From the NCBI GenBank assembly GCA_963668315.1, contig OY764216.1, forward strand, positions 832,001-896,000: DNA of 64,000 bases, read 5' to 3'. Every line of letters begins with the position of its first letter. Position 1 is the first letter of the stretch. Made by a program: the position numbers and the translations under genes. The DNA comes from Spirochaetia bacterium. GTDB lineage: Bacteria > Spirochaetota > Spirochaetia > DSM-2461. The notes beneath the pieces were generated by a model. That model saw only the letters and a program-made list of their open reading frames with translations, was not told where the DNA came from and ran no database searches. Below, one piece after another: positions 29,880-43,528 of this stretch.

Positions 29880-30579
29880 AGTGATGCGACTGGAACGCTT
29901 TCCAGTGCCGGCCTGGCTTACCCGCGGTGAACCAGGCCGCGCCGAAGGAGATCAGCGCTGTGGATTCGGCGAAAAAAAGCAGATGGATGCTGTTGAGATC
30001 GGCCTGGGTAAAGGGAAAGAACAGCCATAGAACCGGATAGGAGAGAAGAGCGGCGGACATGGCCAGGGCGCAGAGGATGTAGATGATTCGCCTTTTACCC
30101 GCCCGGCTGTCATCAATCTCCTTGTCTTCCCATTTCAGCTTCGCCCGGCGGGCAAAACAGCAGCAGAGGAAGATCAGCTGGACGAACAGGCAGATGGAGG
30201 CGATGTAGTGCAGGGCGGCGGCCGGATGTATAACGGCTTCCAGGTGCTCCCTGTTCACGACGATATCATCTGGATAACCCGTGGGGGCCAGTGCCGTTCC
30301 CAGGGCGCAGATCGCTGCGATTTTACTTATAATAGCTTCGTAATAGTATTTTCCGTTGTAGACGAAGAGAAAGAAGCCCGTAATGAAAAGAAGTCCTACG
30401 AAAATATTGCGACTTACGGTATAATAATAGGCGCTGATGGAAGAGATAATCCGTCCATGGACAAGGGTAACAAGAAAGGGCAGGAGGAAAGCGGTTAATC
30501 CGATGAGAACACGCTGTGTTTCATAGTTGTGGATCTGCTCCGTTTCCCGTGTCAGCCAGGAAAGACTCTTTTTTTTCAT
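29866..30579 (-). CDS. Hypothetical membrane protein (DUF998-like)
   Basis: About 7 TM segments; 'SISAYYYT', 'LHYIAS', 'FFAES'. Confidence 0.7.
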   Translation of the reverse strand: MKKKSLSWLTRETEQIHNYETQRVLIGLTAFLLPFLVTLVHGRIISSISAYYYTVSRNIFVGLLFITGFFLFVYNGKYYYEAIISKIAAICALGTALAPTGYPDDIVVNREHLEAVIHPAAALHYIASICLFVQLIFLCCCFARRAKLKWEDKEIDDSRAGKRRIIYILCALAMSAALLSYPVLWLFFPFTQADLNSIHLLFFAESTALISFGAAWFTAGKPGRHWKAFQSHHSKTV

Positions 30580-30737
30580 ATTATACACATCCTTGGCGCT
30601 GATATTTGTTATAAAAATATATCCATGATATCAGATCGTTGCCGTTGGGGAGAAGGGATAAGGACGGTTTTTTTCTCAGCTTATTGAGATTTGTCAATTT
30701 TTCGCGTGATTATAAAAAGGGGTGAATTTTTACCAGT

Positions 30738-32810
30738 ATGGAGCCAAAAGTAAAAGAACTTCTTTCTCAAAGCAGACGGCAGGTTGGAACGAATATTGAC
30801 GATGCGGTTCTCTCCGCCGTGAAAGCTGTTGAATTATCCAGAGAAATGAAGTTAACCCTTGAACTTTCCTACAGTCTAATCAGTTATGCCGACTGCCTGT
30901 CTGAAAAGGGAGAGAAGCTTTTGGTTCTGGAGTCGATCTTCGAGGCTTTATCCCTGGCCAAGGAGATAGGAGACAGATCCCTTCTCGTTTCCTGTTATTC
31001 CGCTCTGGGTTCCATCTATCTTCGCCAGGGCGATCTGGATAAGGCTTATGCGGCTTATAAGGAAGCTTCCGGTATCAGCGGGACCGATCATGGCGATAGC
31101 GATCTTTCGGAAGTTTTATTCGGCCAGGGAACCATTCTGTACTGGAAAGAGAATTACCGGCAAGCGGCCGAGTATTTTGAAAATGCCCGGCGGGAGGCCG
31201 TCAAGCACGGTAATGTTATCTATCAGCTGAAAATCCTGAATAATCTCGGCTGTTCCTATCATCATCTCAACCAGTCGGAGAAGGCCGAGGAAATTTTACG
31301 GGAGTGCATAACCCGGTGTCATGAAGAGGAATACTACTATACTCTCATCTCCTCTCTGGATGAACTGGGTGTCATCTATCACAAAAAAGGAGACGAGAGA
31401 GCCCTGTCATGCTGGCATGAAGCTCTGGAGGTCTCAAAGAACCGGGGAGATTCCCATATCAACTTCGGCCCCCTCCTTAGTCTGGCCAGGTATTATCTGG
31501 AAGAAAAAGACCGGGATAAGGCGGATTATTATCTGAATCAGGCGAAATCTCAAGCAGAAAAATCAGGCGCCTCCTACGATCTGGCAGATCTTTATAAGCT
31601 GCAGGCTTCTTTCTTTGAGACCCGGGTTGATTATAAATCGGCGTTGGATTATCAAAAGAAGTATGTGAATCTCTGGCAGAATTTACAGAAGCAGAAAGAG
31701 CTGTGGGAATTGAAAAATCGGGAATTGGAGCTGCTGTCGGAGACCAGGGACCGTATCGCCGCGCTGAGTTCCATGGGAAGAATCATCACATCCTCTCTGG
31801 ATCTGAAAACCATACTGTTCAGAAGCTACGATAATCTCAAGAAAATCCTGGACTTCTCCATATTGGGAATTGCGCGTTTCAATGAGGAAAAACAGGAAAT
31901 CTTCTATGAGCTTTTCATCGAAAAAGGGAAGAATTATCCCAGTATAACCACGTCTCTCAATGATCAGAACAGCCTGGCCGCCTGGGCCATTCGAAATGAC
32001 AAAATGGTTCTGATCTCCGACTTCCAAAAGGAGTGCCTTCAATTTATCAAAAGCTGGGAAGGGCGCACAAGGCTGGGGGAAGGAACGGAAATCGTCGCGC
32101 CCCAGTCGATTATCTATAACCCGCTGAAGATAGAAAACCGGATTATCGGGGTTATTACGATTCAGAGTTACAGCAAAAACTGTTTTTCCGGGAAAGACGT
32201 GGAAGCCTTTGAAATGATCTCTTCCTATACGGCCATCGCCCTGAATAACGCCATCCGGGCGGAGGAGATAAGAAAGCAGAATGAAGTCCTCTCCAAAATG
32301 GCCACAACGGATAGTCTGACCGGGCTTTATAACCGGAGATACTTCTTCGATACCCTTGAGCGTTTCTACTCTCTGGCGAAGAGGAGAGAACTTCCCTTTT
32401 CCCTGATCATGATGGATCTGGATTATTTTAAAAAGATTAATGACAACTTCGGTCACCCCGCGGGAGATCATATCCTCAGGGAAGTCGCCGAACTTCTCAG
32501 CAAGCATATCAGGAGATCCCATGACTCCGCCGCCAGGTTGGGTGGAGAGGAATTCGGTCTGTTCCTGGGGGATTCCGATTTTGAAGGGGCTCTTTCTGTT
32601 GCCGAGGAGATAAGGGGTGAGATCGCATCGCGCGTCTTTCTTTATGAAGGTTCCTCCATCCCCCTGACGGCCAGCCTGGGGGTGGTGACAAGGATCATTA
32701 CCCGTGATTCAGAGGCCGGTTATGACGAGGTTTTCCGTATGGCGGACAAGCTGCTTTATGACGCAAAGCATAACGGGCGGAACTGCGTTAAAGGTAAAGA
32801 GTATACCTGA
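30738..32810 (+). CDS. Diguanylate cyclase with N-terminal TPR repeats and GAF domain
   Basis: TPR-like helices; GAF 'IGVITIQSY'; 'DSLTGLYNRR', 'DLDYFKKINDNFGHPAGD', 'RSHD...RLGGEEF'. Confidence 0.94.
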   Translation: MEPKVKELLSQSRRQVGTNIDDAVLSAVKAVELSREMKLTLELSYSLISYADCLSEKGEKLLVLESIFEALSLAKEIGDRSLLVSCYSALGSIYLRQGDLDKAYAAYKEASGISGTDHGDSDLSEVLFGQGTILYWKENYRQAAEYFENARREAVKHGNVIYQLKILNNLGCSYHHLNQSEKAEEILRECITRCHEEEYYYTLISSLDELGVIYHKKGDERALSCWHEALEVSKNRGDSHINFGPLLSLARYYLEEKDRDKADYYLNQAKSQAEKSGASYDLADLYKLQASFFETRVDYKSALDYQKKYVNLWQNLQKQKELWELKNRELELLSETRDRIAALSSMGRIITSSLDLKTILFRSYDNLKKILDFSILGIARFNEEKQEIFYELFIEKGKNYPSITTSLNDQNSLAAWAIRNDKMVLISDFQKECLQFIKSWEGRTRLGEGTEIVAPQSIIYNPLKIENRIIGVITIQSYSKNCFSGKDVEAFEMISSYTAIALNNAIRAEEIRKQNEVLSKMATTDSLTGLYNRRYFFDTLERFYSLAKRRELPFSLIMMDLDYFKKINDNFGHPAGDHILREVAELLSKHIRRSHDSAARLGGEEFGLFLGDSDFEGALSVAEEIRGEIASRVFLYEGSSIPLTASLGVVTRIITRDSEAGYDEVFRMADKLLYDAKHNGRNCVKGKEYT

Positions 32811-32843
32811 CCTTAATTCTTTTGAAAGGGTCCGATAAGCGGA

Positions 32844-33572
32844 TCAGTTCTCTGTATTGTAAATGACGGGCATTTTTCCGGACCATTTATTCCAAAGCGC
32901 ATCGTCTGTGATCAGGTCGGCCATGAAACTCGCCACATTGATCCGGCTTGTTTTCCCCGCGTTGAAAACGGGGCTGCGCTCGGGAGAATCATGGATGGTA
33001 TAGGGTGAAACCTCTGTTTCGTCAATGAGCGTATCCGGTCTGACGGCGCACCATGAGACGGGGCTTTCCTTTCCGTTGAAATTCTTCTGCAGGTACAGCG
33101 CCGCTTGTACGTTATCCGCCTGAGGAGGAAGAAGCAGGGTGAAGAATCCCAGAACGAAGCGGTCAATCGGCTTGTAGGCTTTTTCCCGTACCCGTCTGTC
33201 CCTGTTGCCTGTTGTGTTCATAAGGAGAAACCGCGGCGGCCTTTCCCCGGGGGTGATCTGAAAGGACGAGCAGACAAGCCTGGCCGCATCGGCGACGAGT
33301 CGTCGCGGAGGACCGAAAAGCCCTTTGAATGTGATGTTGTGACCCAGGCAGGAAACCGCGGCGTCACACTCCTTGATAAAAACGGCCACTTCTTCCTTTG
33401 TCATGGATGTGATCTCTTTTTCTATCAGGGTCAGTTTCTCTTCGTACTGAGCAAGATGGGCTAATTTTTCCGGAGTTCGGACAACGGCTGTAACCGAATG
33501 TCCCCTTCTGAGGAGTTCTCCGGCCAGCAGTCTGCCCGTGGCCCCTGTGGCTCCGGTAATAAAAATACGCAT
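32844..33572 (-). CDS. NAD(P)H-binding Rossmann-fold oxidoreductase (atypical SDR / BVR-B-like)
   Basis: 'ITGATGATG', 'WCAVRP', 'SRINVASFM'. Confidence 0.85.
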   Translation of the reverse strand: MRIFITGATGATGRLLAGELLRRGHSVTAVVRTPEKLAHLAQYEEKLTLIEKEITSMTKEEVAVFIKECDAAVSCLGHNITFKGLFGPPRRLVADAARLVCSSFQITPGERPPRFLLMNTTGNRDRRVREKAYKPIDRFVLGFFTLLLPPQADNVQAALYLQKNFNGKESPVSWCAVRPDTLIDETEVSPYTIHDSPERSPVFNAGKTSRINVASFMADLITDDALWNKWSGKMPVIYNTEN

Positions 33573-33741
33573 ATCAATCTCCCGGCGGTCCGTATATAGT
33601 AAACATATCCGTTATAATGGGAAAATCCCGGGAATTCGGGAAATTCTTTTCAGGCGTTTTACTAATCGGTGCGGAAGACAGATGTACAGGAAGGAAATCC
33701 GGGCGGTCAGCTCTGGGAATGAGCTGTCCCGCCCGGGATAA

Positions 33742-37224
<3,483 letters not shown>

Positions 37225-37244
<20 letters not shown>

Positions 37245-37761
37245 ATTCCAGCCAGCCGCCGGCCATGACCAGGTCCTTGTCGTAGGCGCTCAGGGTAAAG
37301 GAGTAGGTCTTCTCTCCCTTGGCGCTTTTGACCGTGATGGTCTGGGTTTCCACATTCACATCGGCTGTCACACCTGTGGTTTCCGGGCCGGAGGAGAGGG
37401 CGAAGATCTCGTCCACTTCCTCTTCCTTGAGCTCGATGGCCATGCAGCCGTTGTTGTACATGTTTCCCCGGAAGATACGGGCGAAGTTGGGGGCGATGAC
37501 CACGGTGTATCCGTTCTCTTCCAGAGCCCAGGGAGCGTGCTCACGGCTGGATCCGCATCCGAAATTGTCCCGGGAGACAATGACGGTGGAGTCTTTCATG
37601 GGCTGGCTCATATGAACGAAGCCGTCCATTTTCAGGTCTTCGAGAAGGTGAGGGCCCATGGCGGCTCTTTCCACTTCGGTCAGGTATTTGGCGGGAATGA
37701 TCTCGTCCGTATTGATATCGCTTCTATCCAGAAAAAGAATCTGTCCTCCGAACTGCTTCAT
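37225..37761 (-). CDS. leuD: 3-isopropylmalate dehydratase small subunit (short type)
   Basis: 'DINTDEIIPAKYL', 'NFGCGSSREHAPWAL', 'FARIF'; start MKQFGG overlaps the leuC stop. Confidence 0.95.
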
Positions 37762-39044
37762 TACATGTACCTCCTGGGATCGGTCAGTTTGCCTTCGATG
37801 GCCGAAGCGGCCGCTGTGGCAGGGCTGCAGAGATGGACCATACCGCCCTTGCCCATGCGCCCGTTGAAGTTTCTGTTGGTCGTGGCGGCCGCGGCTTCCC
37901 CTTCGGCCAGAACGCCGTTGGACATTCCCAGACAAGCACCGCAGGTCGGGTTGGTCAGGCAGGCGCCGGCGTCCATGAAGATCTTCACATAACCCGCTTC
38001 CAGGGCCTCGGAGTAGATCTTGGGAGTGGCGGGGGAGACGATCATTCTCACGTCGTCGGAGATCTTTTTGCCTTCGAGGATCTTCGCGGCAATCGCCAGA
38101 TCTTCCAGGCGGCCGTTGGTACAGGAACCCAGATAGATCTGGTTAAGTGGCTTACCCTCCATCTCGGTGATATCCTTAACCACATCGGGGCGGTATTCGT
38201 CGGTTACCTGGGGAACAAGCCGGGAAATGTCGATGGTCCGCTCGTCGGCGTAGACCGCATCGTCATCGCTCCGCCACTTGCTGAAGTCGGCCAGGGCCTC
38301 TTCCTTGCCGGCGTAATCCCCGGCGATAAAGGGCCAGAGGTACTCCACGGTGGTCATGTCGGGGAGACAGACGCCGCTGGTGGCGCCCATTTCCACGGCC
38401 ATGTTGCAGAGGGTAAGCCTGCCGTCCATTCCCAGATTGTCAACGAAGTCGCCGCGGAATTCGGCTACCCGGTTGGTCACGCCGTTGGTGGTCATCATCT
38501 TGATAACCGCCAGGATCACGTCCTTGGCGTAAACGCCCTTCGCGGGAGTGCCGGTTATGGTGATCTTCGTCGTCTCGGGAGACTTGAAAGCGCAGATGCC
38601 CTTGAGGATACCCACTTCCAGGTCGGTCGTTCCCACGCCGGCGGCGAAGGCGCCGAAGGCTCCGTGGGTACAGGTATGGGAGTCGCCCATGATGACCGTA
38701 AAGCCGGGGCGGACGAATCCTTTCTCGGGGAATATGGCGTGGCAGACACCGTTGCGGCCGATATCGAAATAATCCTTGATACCCATGTCTTTCGCCCAGT
38801 CCCTGAGGATCTTGCCCTGTGTGGCGGTGAGAGAGTCCTTGGCGGGAGTTACGTGGTCGATAACGGCTTTGATCTTATCCGGATCGAATACACGGTATTT
38901 GTCTCTTCTTTTAAGATCCAGAATGGCCGGAGGGGTGGTTATCTCATGACAAAACACCCTATCCAGATTCAGAACGTGAACGCCCTCGCAGGGGTTGTCC
39001 ACCAGATGGGATTCGAAAATCTTTTCTACTAAGGTTTTTCCCAT
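37761..39044 (-). CDS. leuC: 3-isopropylmalate dehydratase large subunit (short, type-2-like)
   Basis: 'DSHTCTHGA', 'GSCTNGR', 'CGACLG', 'TNRNFNGRMG'. Confidence 0.96.
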   Translation of the reverse strand: MGKTLVEKIFESHLVDNPCEGVHVLNLDRVFCHEITTPPAILDLKRRDKYRVFDPDKIKAVIDHVTPAKDSLTATQGKILRDWAKDMGIKDYFDIGRNGVCHAIFPEKGFVRPGFTVIMGDSHTCTHGAFGAFAAGVGTTDLEVGILKGICAFKSPETTKITITGTPAKGVYAKDVILAVIKMMTTNGVTNRVAEFRGDFVDNLGMDGRLTLCNMAVEMGATSGVCLPDMTTVEYLWPFIAGDYAGKEEALADFSKWRSDDDAVYADERTIDISRLVPQVTDEYRPDVVKDITEMEGKPLNQIYLGSCTNGRLEDLAIAAKILEGKKISDDVRMIVSPATPKIYSEALEAGYVKIFMDAGACLTNPTCGACLGMSNGVLAEGEAAAATTNRNFNGRMGKGGMVHLCSPATAAASAIEGKLTDPRRYM

Positions 39045-40588
39045 TACGCTCTATTCTCCTTTAACTTTTCTATGCCCTCCATACGGGCTACCTTATTAAT
39101 TACGTTGATATAGGCCAGGGCGGAGGCTTCGACGATGTCGGTGCTGCTGCCCGATCCGTGGTAACGGCGGTCCTTGTGCTCCGCGATAATCTTCACTTCG
39201 CCCAGGGCGTTACGTCCTCCGGTCATACCGGCCAGAGAGTAGTCTATCATTTTGACGGATATGCCGACAGCTCTGTCTATCGCCTTGCAGGCGGCGTCCA
39301 CCGGCCCGTCCCCCGTGGCGGCTTCCTGAATCGGCTCGGAGCCCTCATCATGGGTGTTCTGGATTTTAACCGTGGCGGAGGGGATGGAGCCCGTACCGGA
39401 GGTGGTGTTCAGATAGATCATCCTGTATTTATCCGCGGCGTCGCCGTCTATCTCCATCATCGCTTCCAGGTCGTCATCGTATACGGTTCCCTTCTTGTCG
39501 GCCAGGGACAGGAACTTCTGGTAGAACTGGTCCAGATCGTAGGAGTCCTCGGCATAACCGAGAAGGGCCAGGCGGTGCTTGATGATGTGCCGTCCGGAGC
39601 GGCTGGTCAGGTGAAACTGATTGGCCGACAATCCGACCGATTCGGGGGTCATGATTTCGTAGTTGCTCCGGTTCTTGAGAACGCCGTCCTGATGGATTCC
39701 GGAGGAGTGGGCGAACGCGGTGGCTCCGACGATGGCCTTGTTGGGCTGGACGGGCACGTTGCAGATCCGGCTTATGAGGCGGCTGGTGGGCACGATCTCT
39801 TCCGTGACGATTCCCGTCTCCACATTGAAAATATCCTTTCTGGTTTTCATGGACATGACCACTTCTTCCAGAGAGCAGTTGCCCGCCCTTTCTCCCAGAC
39901 CGTTTACGGTACACTCTATCTGCCGTGCTCCGTTGAGCACCGCCATGAGGGAGTTGGCCGAGGCCAGGCCCAGGTCGTTGTGGCAGTGGACGGAAATGAT
40001 CGCCTGGTCGATATTGGGGACCCTGTTGAAGACATCCTTGATAATATCGCCGAACTCGTATCCCACGGTATATCCGACCGTATCGGGGATATTGACCGTG
40101 CGGGCTCCCGCTTTGATCGCCTCTTCCACGATGCGGCAGAGCACATCCCTGTCGGTTCTTCCCGCGTCTTCGCAGGAGAACTCCACATCGTCGCAGAAGT
40201 TGCGGGCATGCTTGACCGCGTCGACGGCCATGCTGATGACTTCGTCATATCCCTTTTTCAGTTTGCTTTCCACGTGCATGCTCGATGTGGCGATAAATGT
40301 ATGAATACGGGGGCGGGGACAATCCCTGAGAGCTTCCCCGCAGGCGTCTATGTCGGCCTTCACCGCTCTTGCCAGCCCGGCGATGATCGGCCCCTTAACC
40401 GTATTGGCAATCTGCCTGACGCTCTCCAGGTCGCCCGGGGAACTGACGGGAAAACCGGCCTCAATGATATCAACATTGAGTTTGGCTAGGGCATGGGCAA
40501 TGACCATTTTCTCTTTAGCGGACAGACTGGAGGACAATGCCTGTTCCCCGTCCCTCAAGGTCGTGTCAAAAATCAATACCTTATCCAT
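39044..40588 (-). CDS. leuA: 2-isopropylmalate synthase
   Basis: 'FDTTLRDGEQA', 'HCHNDLG', 'GERAGN', 'HSSGIHQDG'; C-terminal regulatory domain. Confidence 0.97.
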   Translation of the reverse strand: MDKVLIFDTTLRDGEQALSSSLSAKEKMVIAHALAKLNVDIIEAGFPVSSPGDLESVRQIANTVKGPIIAGLARAVKADIDACGEALRDCPRPRIHTFIATSSMHVESKLKKGYDEVISMAVDAVKHARNFCDDVEFSCEDAGRTDRDVLCRIVEEAIKAGARTVNIPDTVGYTVGYEFGDIIKDVFNRVPNIDQAIISVHCHNDLGLASANSLMAVLNGARQIECTVNGLGERAGNCSLEEVVMSMKTRKDIFNVETGIVTEEIVPTSRLISRICNVPVQPNKAIVGATAFAHSSGIHQDGVLKNRSNYEIMTPESVGLSANQFHLTSRSGRHIIKHRLALLGYAEDSYDLDQFYQKFLSLADKKGTVYDDDLEAMMEIDGDAADKYRMIYLNTTSGTGSIPSATVKIQNTHDEGSEPIQEAATGDGPVDAACKAIDRAVGISVKMIDYSLAGMTGGRNALGEVKIIAEHKDRRYHGSGSSTDIVEASALAYINVINKVARMEGIEKLKENRA

Positions 40589-40655
40589 TCCTTACTCCTT
40601 TTCATTCTCCGGGGCTCCATGGCCACGGCTTATTGTTTTCACTGTTGCAATTTGT

Positions 40656-40689
40656 AAAAAAAAGACCCGTCCTCTGGGAGAACGGGTCT
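40656..40689 (-). terminator. Attenuator terminator of the leu/cimA operon
   Basis: Minus strand AGACCCGUUCUC-CCA-GAGGACGGGUCU plus a U-tract, ~70 nt upstream of leuA. Confidence 0.9.
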
Positions 40690-40710
40690 GCAATTTCTGC
40701 TAAACGCTTT

Positions 40711-40797
40711 TTACAGCGACCGTTCTCCATCCACTTCTATCCCTAGTAGAATAATTAGGGAGATGATAATAATGGATAAAACGGATTTATTGTTCAT
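40711..40797 (-). CDS. Attenuation leader peptide MNNKSVLSIIIISLIILLGIEVDGERSL (7 Ile, 5 Leu)
   Basis: 28 codons with a clustered Ile/Leu run including three CTA codons; 3' end is complementary to the terminator's 5' arm. Confidence 0.85.
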   Translation of the reverse strand: MNNKSVLSIIIISLIILLGIEVDGERSL

Positions 40798-40807
40798 TTC
40801 GAATATT

Positions 40808-40836
40808 ACCGTACGGCTTTGTTGCAAAAGAGTCAA
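40808..40836 (-). promoter_or_regulatory. Candidate sigma70 promoter of the leu leader
   Basis: TTGACT-17 nt-TACGGT on the minus strand, ending ~10 nt before the leader ATG. Confidence 0.45.
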
Positions 40837-41143
40837 GGGAAAATCAAGAATGAGAATAAAAAACTGAAAAAGTGATACTAAGATGGTACTATATCTTGAA
40901 CTGTTGAGATCCTCTCTCCTGCCCCTGTGCGGTTTCAATTCTCACTCCCGGGGGCAAAACGCTCCCTCCCATTCCATGGGAAGGCATTAGGATTCCCACG
41001 GGGGGTAAACGCTGTCCCGAAGAGGGGGAGAAGAAAGATTTTTCTATATAATGAACAGGAAATTATATTTTCATTTACCCGGATGCTGGTAGAATTATTT
41101 CAGTCAAGTCTTGAACAAATTCTATATCAAGGAGAATTCAACA

Positions 41144-42496
41144 ATGGCAGGAAAAAAAGTTTTTTTGTATCTGCTTACGGTACTGCTTATCCTTTCGTTT
41201 GCAGTAGGATGCTCGAAGAAAAGTACCGGCGGCAGTGAAGCGGCGGTCAGCTCGGGAAACGGAGAAGAGAGCACCGGGTTCGGTGTCAGCTCCAAAAAAC
41301 TGACAATATCCCTCTGGGACATTGCCACGGAAAATCCCGCGAATACCATTCAGGGAGGAGCTGTTGACCGGTTTATGGCGGCCTATCCCAACATAACCGT
41401 GGAAAACACCCATATCCAGAATGATACCTACAAGCAGAAGCTGATTATTTCCATGAGTTCCGGACAGTGCCCGGACATGTATATTCACTGGGGCGGCGGG
41501 CCGATGAATGAGTATATAGAATCCGGTTTCGCCGTACCTATCACCGACTTGATAAATGAGCATTGCGACGTACCTTTTCTTGAAGCCGCTATCGCGCAGA
41601 GTATGTACAAAGGTGAAGTTTACGCCGTGCCCTTCGGGGGAATCGGCGGAAGCGGAATCTTTTACAACAAGACGATCTTCAACAAGCTGGGCCTGGGCGT
41701 GCCGGAAACCATCGCCGAACTCGAAGATACCTGCAAAACACTCAAGAGCGCCGGCTACATCCCCTTTTCCCTTGCCAACCAGAACAAATGGACCGGTTCC
41801 ATGTATTTCATGTACCTGGCAACCCGCTACGGCGGCGTGGATGAGTTCAATGCGGCCGTGGACGGCACTGGTTCCTTTGAATCTCCTGCTTTCCAGTATG
41901 CGGGCGAAAAGATCCAGCAGTGGGTCAGGGCCGGCTACTTCCCCGACGGCGTCAACAGCCTGAACACGGACGACGGACAGGACAGGCAGCTGATTTACAC
42001 TGAAGAAGCGGCTATGATGCTGCATGGCTCCTGGCAGGCCTCATCCATGAGGAATGATAACGAGGAGTGGTACGAGGCCAATATGGATTTCTTCCGGTTC
42101 CCCGACCTGGCCAGCAGCAATAAACCCCAGAACATTGTGGTGGGAACCTCCATCGGAAACGGCTTCTCCTTCAATATCCATGACGATCAGGATAAGTTGA
42201 ACACCGCCTTCATTCTGGCGACACAGTTCTACAACGACGATACGTATAACAGCCAGCAGCTCGAAGCGGGAACAATCCCCTCCATAGAGGGCATGGGCGA
42301 TACCATTGAAGACCACTGCATGCAGAAAATCTGGGCCGCTTTCTCCAGCGCCAGCAACGTACAGCTCTGGTACGACCAGTATCTTCCCCCGGCCGTGGGC
42401 GAGACCCATAAGAACACATGCCAGGAGATCTTCGGTTTGACCAAGACTCCCGCCGAGGCGAATGCCGAACTTAACAAGGCTATGAGAGAAAACTAG
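41144..42496 (+). CDS. Sugar ABC transporter substrate-binding lipoprotein
   Basis: Lipobox 'FAVGC'; AAGGAG RBS; family-1 SBP. Confidence 0.92.
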   Translation: MAGKKVFLYLLTVLLILSFAVGCSKKSTGGSEAAVSSGNGEESTGFGVSSKKLTISLWDIATENPANTIQGGAVDRFMAAYPNITVENTHIQNDTYKQKLIISMSSGQCPDMYIHWGGGPMNEYIESGFAVPITDLINEHCDVPFLEAAIAQSMYKGEVYAVPFGGIGGSGIFYNKTIFNKLGLGVPETIAELEDTCKTLKSAGYIPFSLANQNKWTGSMYFMYLATRYGGVDEFNAAVDGTGSFESPAFQYAGEKIQQWVRAGYFPDGVNSLNTDDGQDRQLIYTEEAAMMLHGSWQASSMRNDNEEWYEANMDFFRFPDLASSNKPQNIVVGTSIGNGFSFNIHDDQDKLNTAFILATQFYNDDTYNSQQLEAGTIPSIEGMGDTIEDHCMQKIWAAFSSASNVQLWYDQYLPPAVGETHKNTCQEIFGLTKTPAEANAELNKAMREN

Positions 42497-42619
42497 AGAA
42501 GGAAATCGCCTTCCCGGTAATCACCGGAAAGCCCGGGGAGCCTGAAGTCTGTCCTGTTGAGATGAGGGCTCCCCCATTTAAAATCGGTAATTTCATTACA
42601 TGAGACGAAGGAAGTTAAC

Positions 42620-43528
42620 ATGAAAAAGAACGCATCGCTCGTGCAAAGCCGTCAGAGAAGCGTGCGCATCGCCGCGACTGTTTTTCTGGCTCCCGTTATC
42701 ATAATAATGGCGATCTTCATTATTTACCCCATCATATCAACATTCAGCATCAGTATGTTTGATTGGAACGGAATTTCGAAGAACAGGGATTTCGTCGGGC
42801 TGGAGAACTGGAAAGAGCTGATCCGTGACAGGGTTTTCTGGTTCGCCTTTAAAAACAACCTGACCCTGATGATCTGTTCCATCGCTATCCAGATCCCGAT
42901 TGCCATCGCCCTGGCTACTTTTCTCGATGCGGCCGGCAGGAAGGTCAATCTTTTCAAAGTGATCTGGTTCCTTCCCCTTCTGATGTCCTCCGTAGCCATA
43001 GGATTCCTCTTCTCCTACGCCCTTGCCACCACGGGCGGGATCGTGACAACGATCTCCCAGGCCCTGGGAGGGGGCAAGGTGGATCTGCTCGGCCGGGCAC
43101 CGCAGGCTCTGTACGCTGTCATAAGCGTTGTAGCCTGGCAATATATTCCTTTCTACATGGTGTACTTCCTGGCGGGATACGGAAATATCGATATCAATAT
43201 TTACGAAGCCTGCATTATAGACGGCGCTACCCGGGGACAGTATTTCTTCCATATAGGTCTGCCCCTCCTGAGTCCCATGATAAAATCGGCCTGCATCCTG
43301 TCCCTGATTGGGTCGCTTAAGTACTTTGACCTCATTTACGCCATGACCGGTGGCGGCCCGGGAACGGCGACGGAACTCATGGCCACCTATATGTACAAAC
43401 TCTCCTTTTCACACTTCAAGATGGGATACGGTTCGACAACGGCGGCGGGCATGTTCATCCTGGTAACGGGATTTGCCCTTATGATGCAAACCATACTAAA
43501 AGGGAACGGGTCTTCGAACAATGGATAA
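42620..43528 (+). CDS. Carbohydrate ABC transporter permease
   Basis: 'FVGLENW', 'IYEACIIDGA', 'MTGGGPG'. Confidence 0.95.
   Translation: MKKNASLVQSRQRSVRIAATVFLAPVIIIMAIFIIYPIISTFSISMFDWNGISKNRDFVGLENWKELIRDRVFWFAFKNNLTLMICSIAIQIPIAIALATFLDAAGRKVNLFKVIWFLPLLMSSVAIGFLFSYALATTGGIVTTISQALGGGKVDLLGRAPQALYAVISVVAWQYIPFYMVYFLAGYGNIDINIYEACIIDGATRGQYFFHIGLPLLSPMIKSACILSLIGSLKYFDLIYAMTGGGPGTATELMATYMYKLSFSHFKMGYGSTTAAGMFILVTGFALMMQTILKGNGSSNNG

Noticed and set aside
40798..40938. N-terminal extension of the 75-aa ORF containing the leader peptide
   Set aside because: It crosses the likely promoter; only the 28 codons from ATG 40797 fit attenuator geometry.
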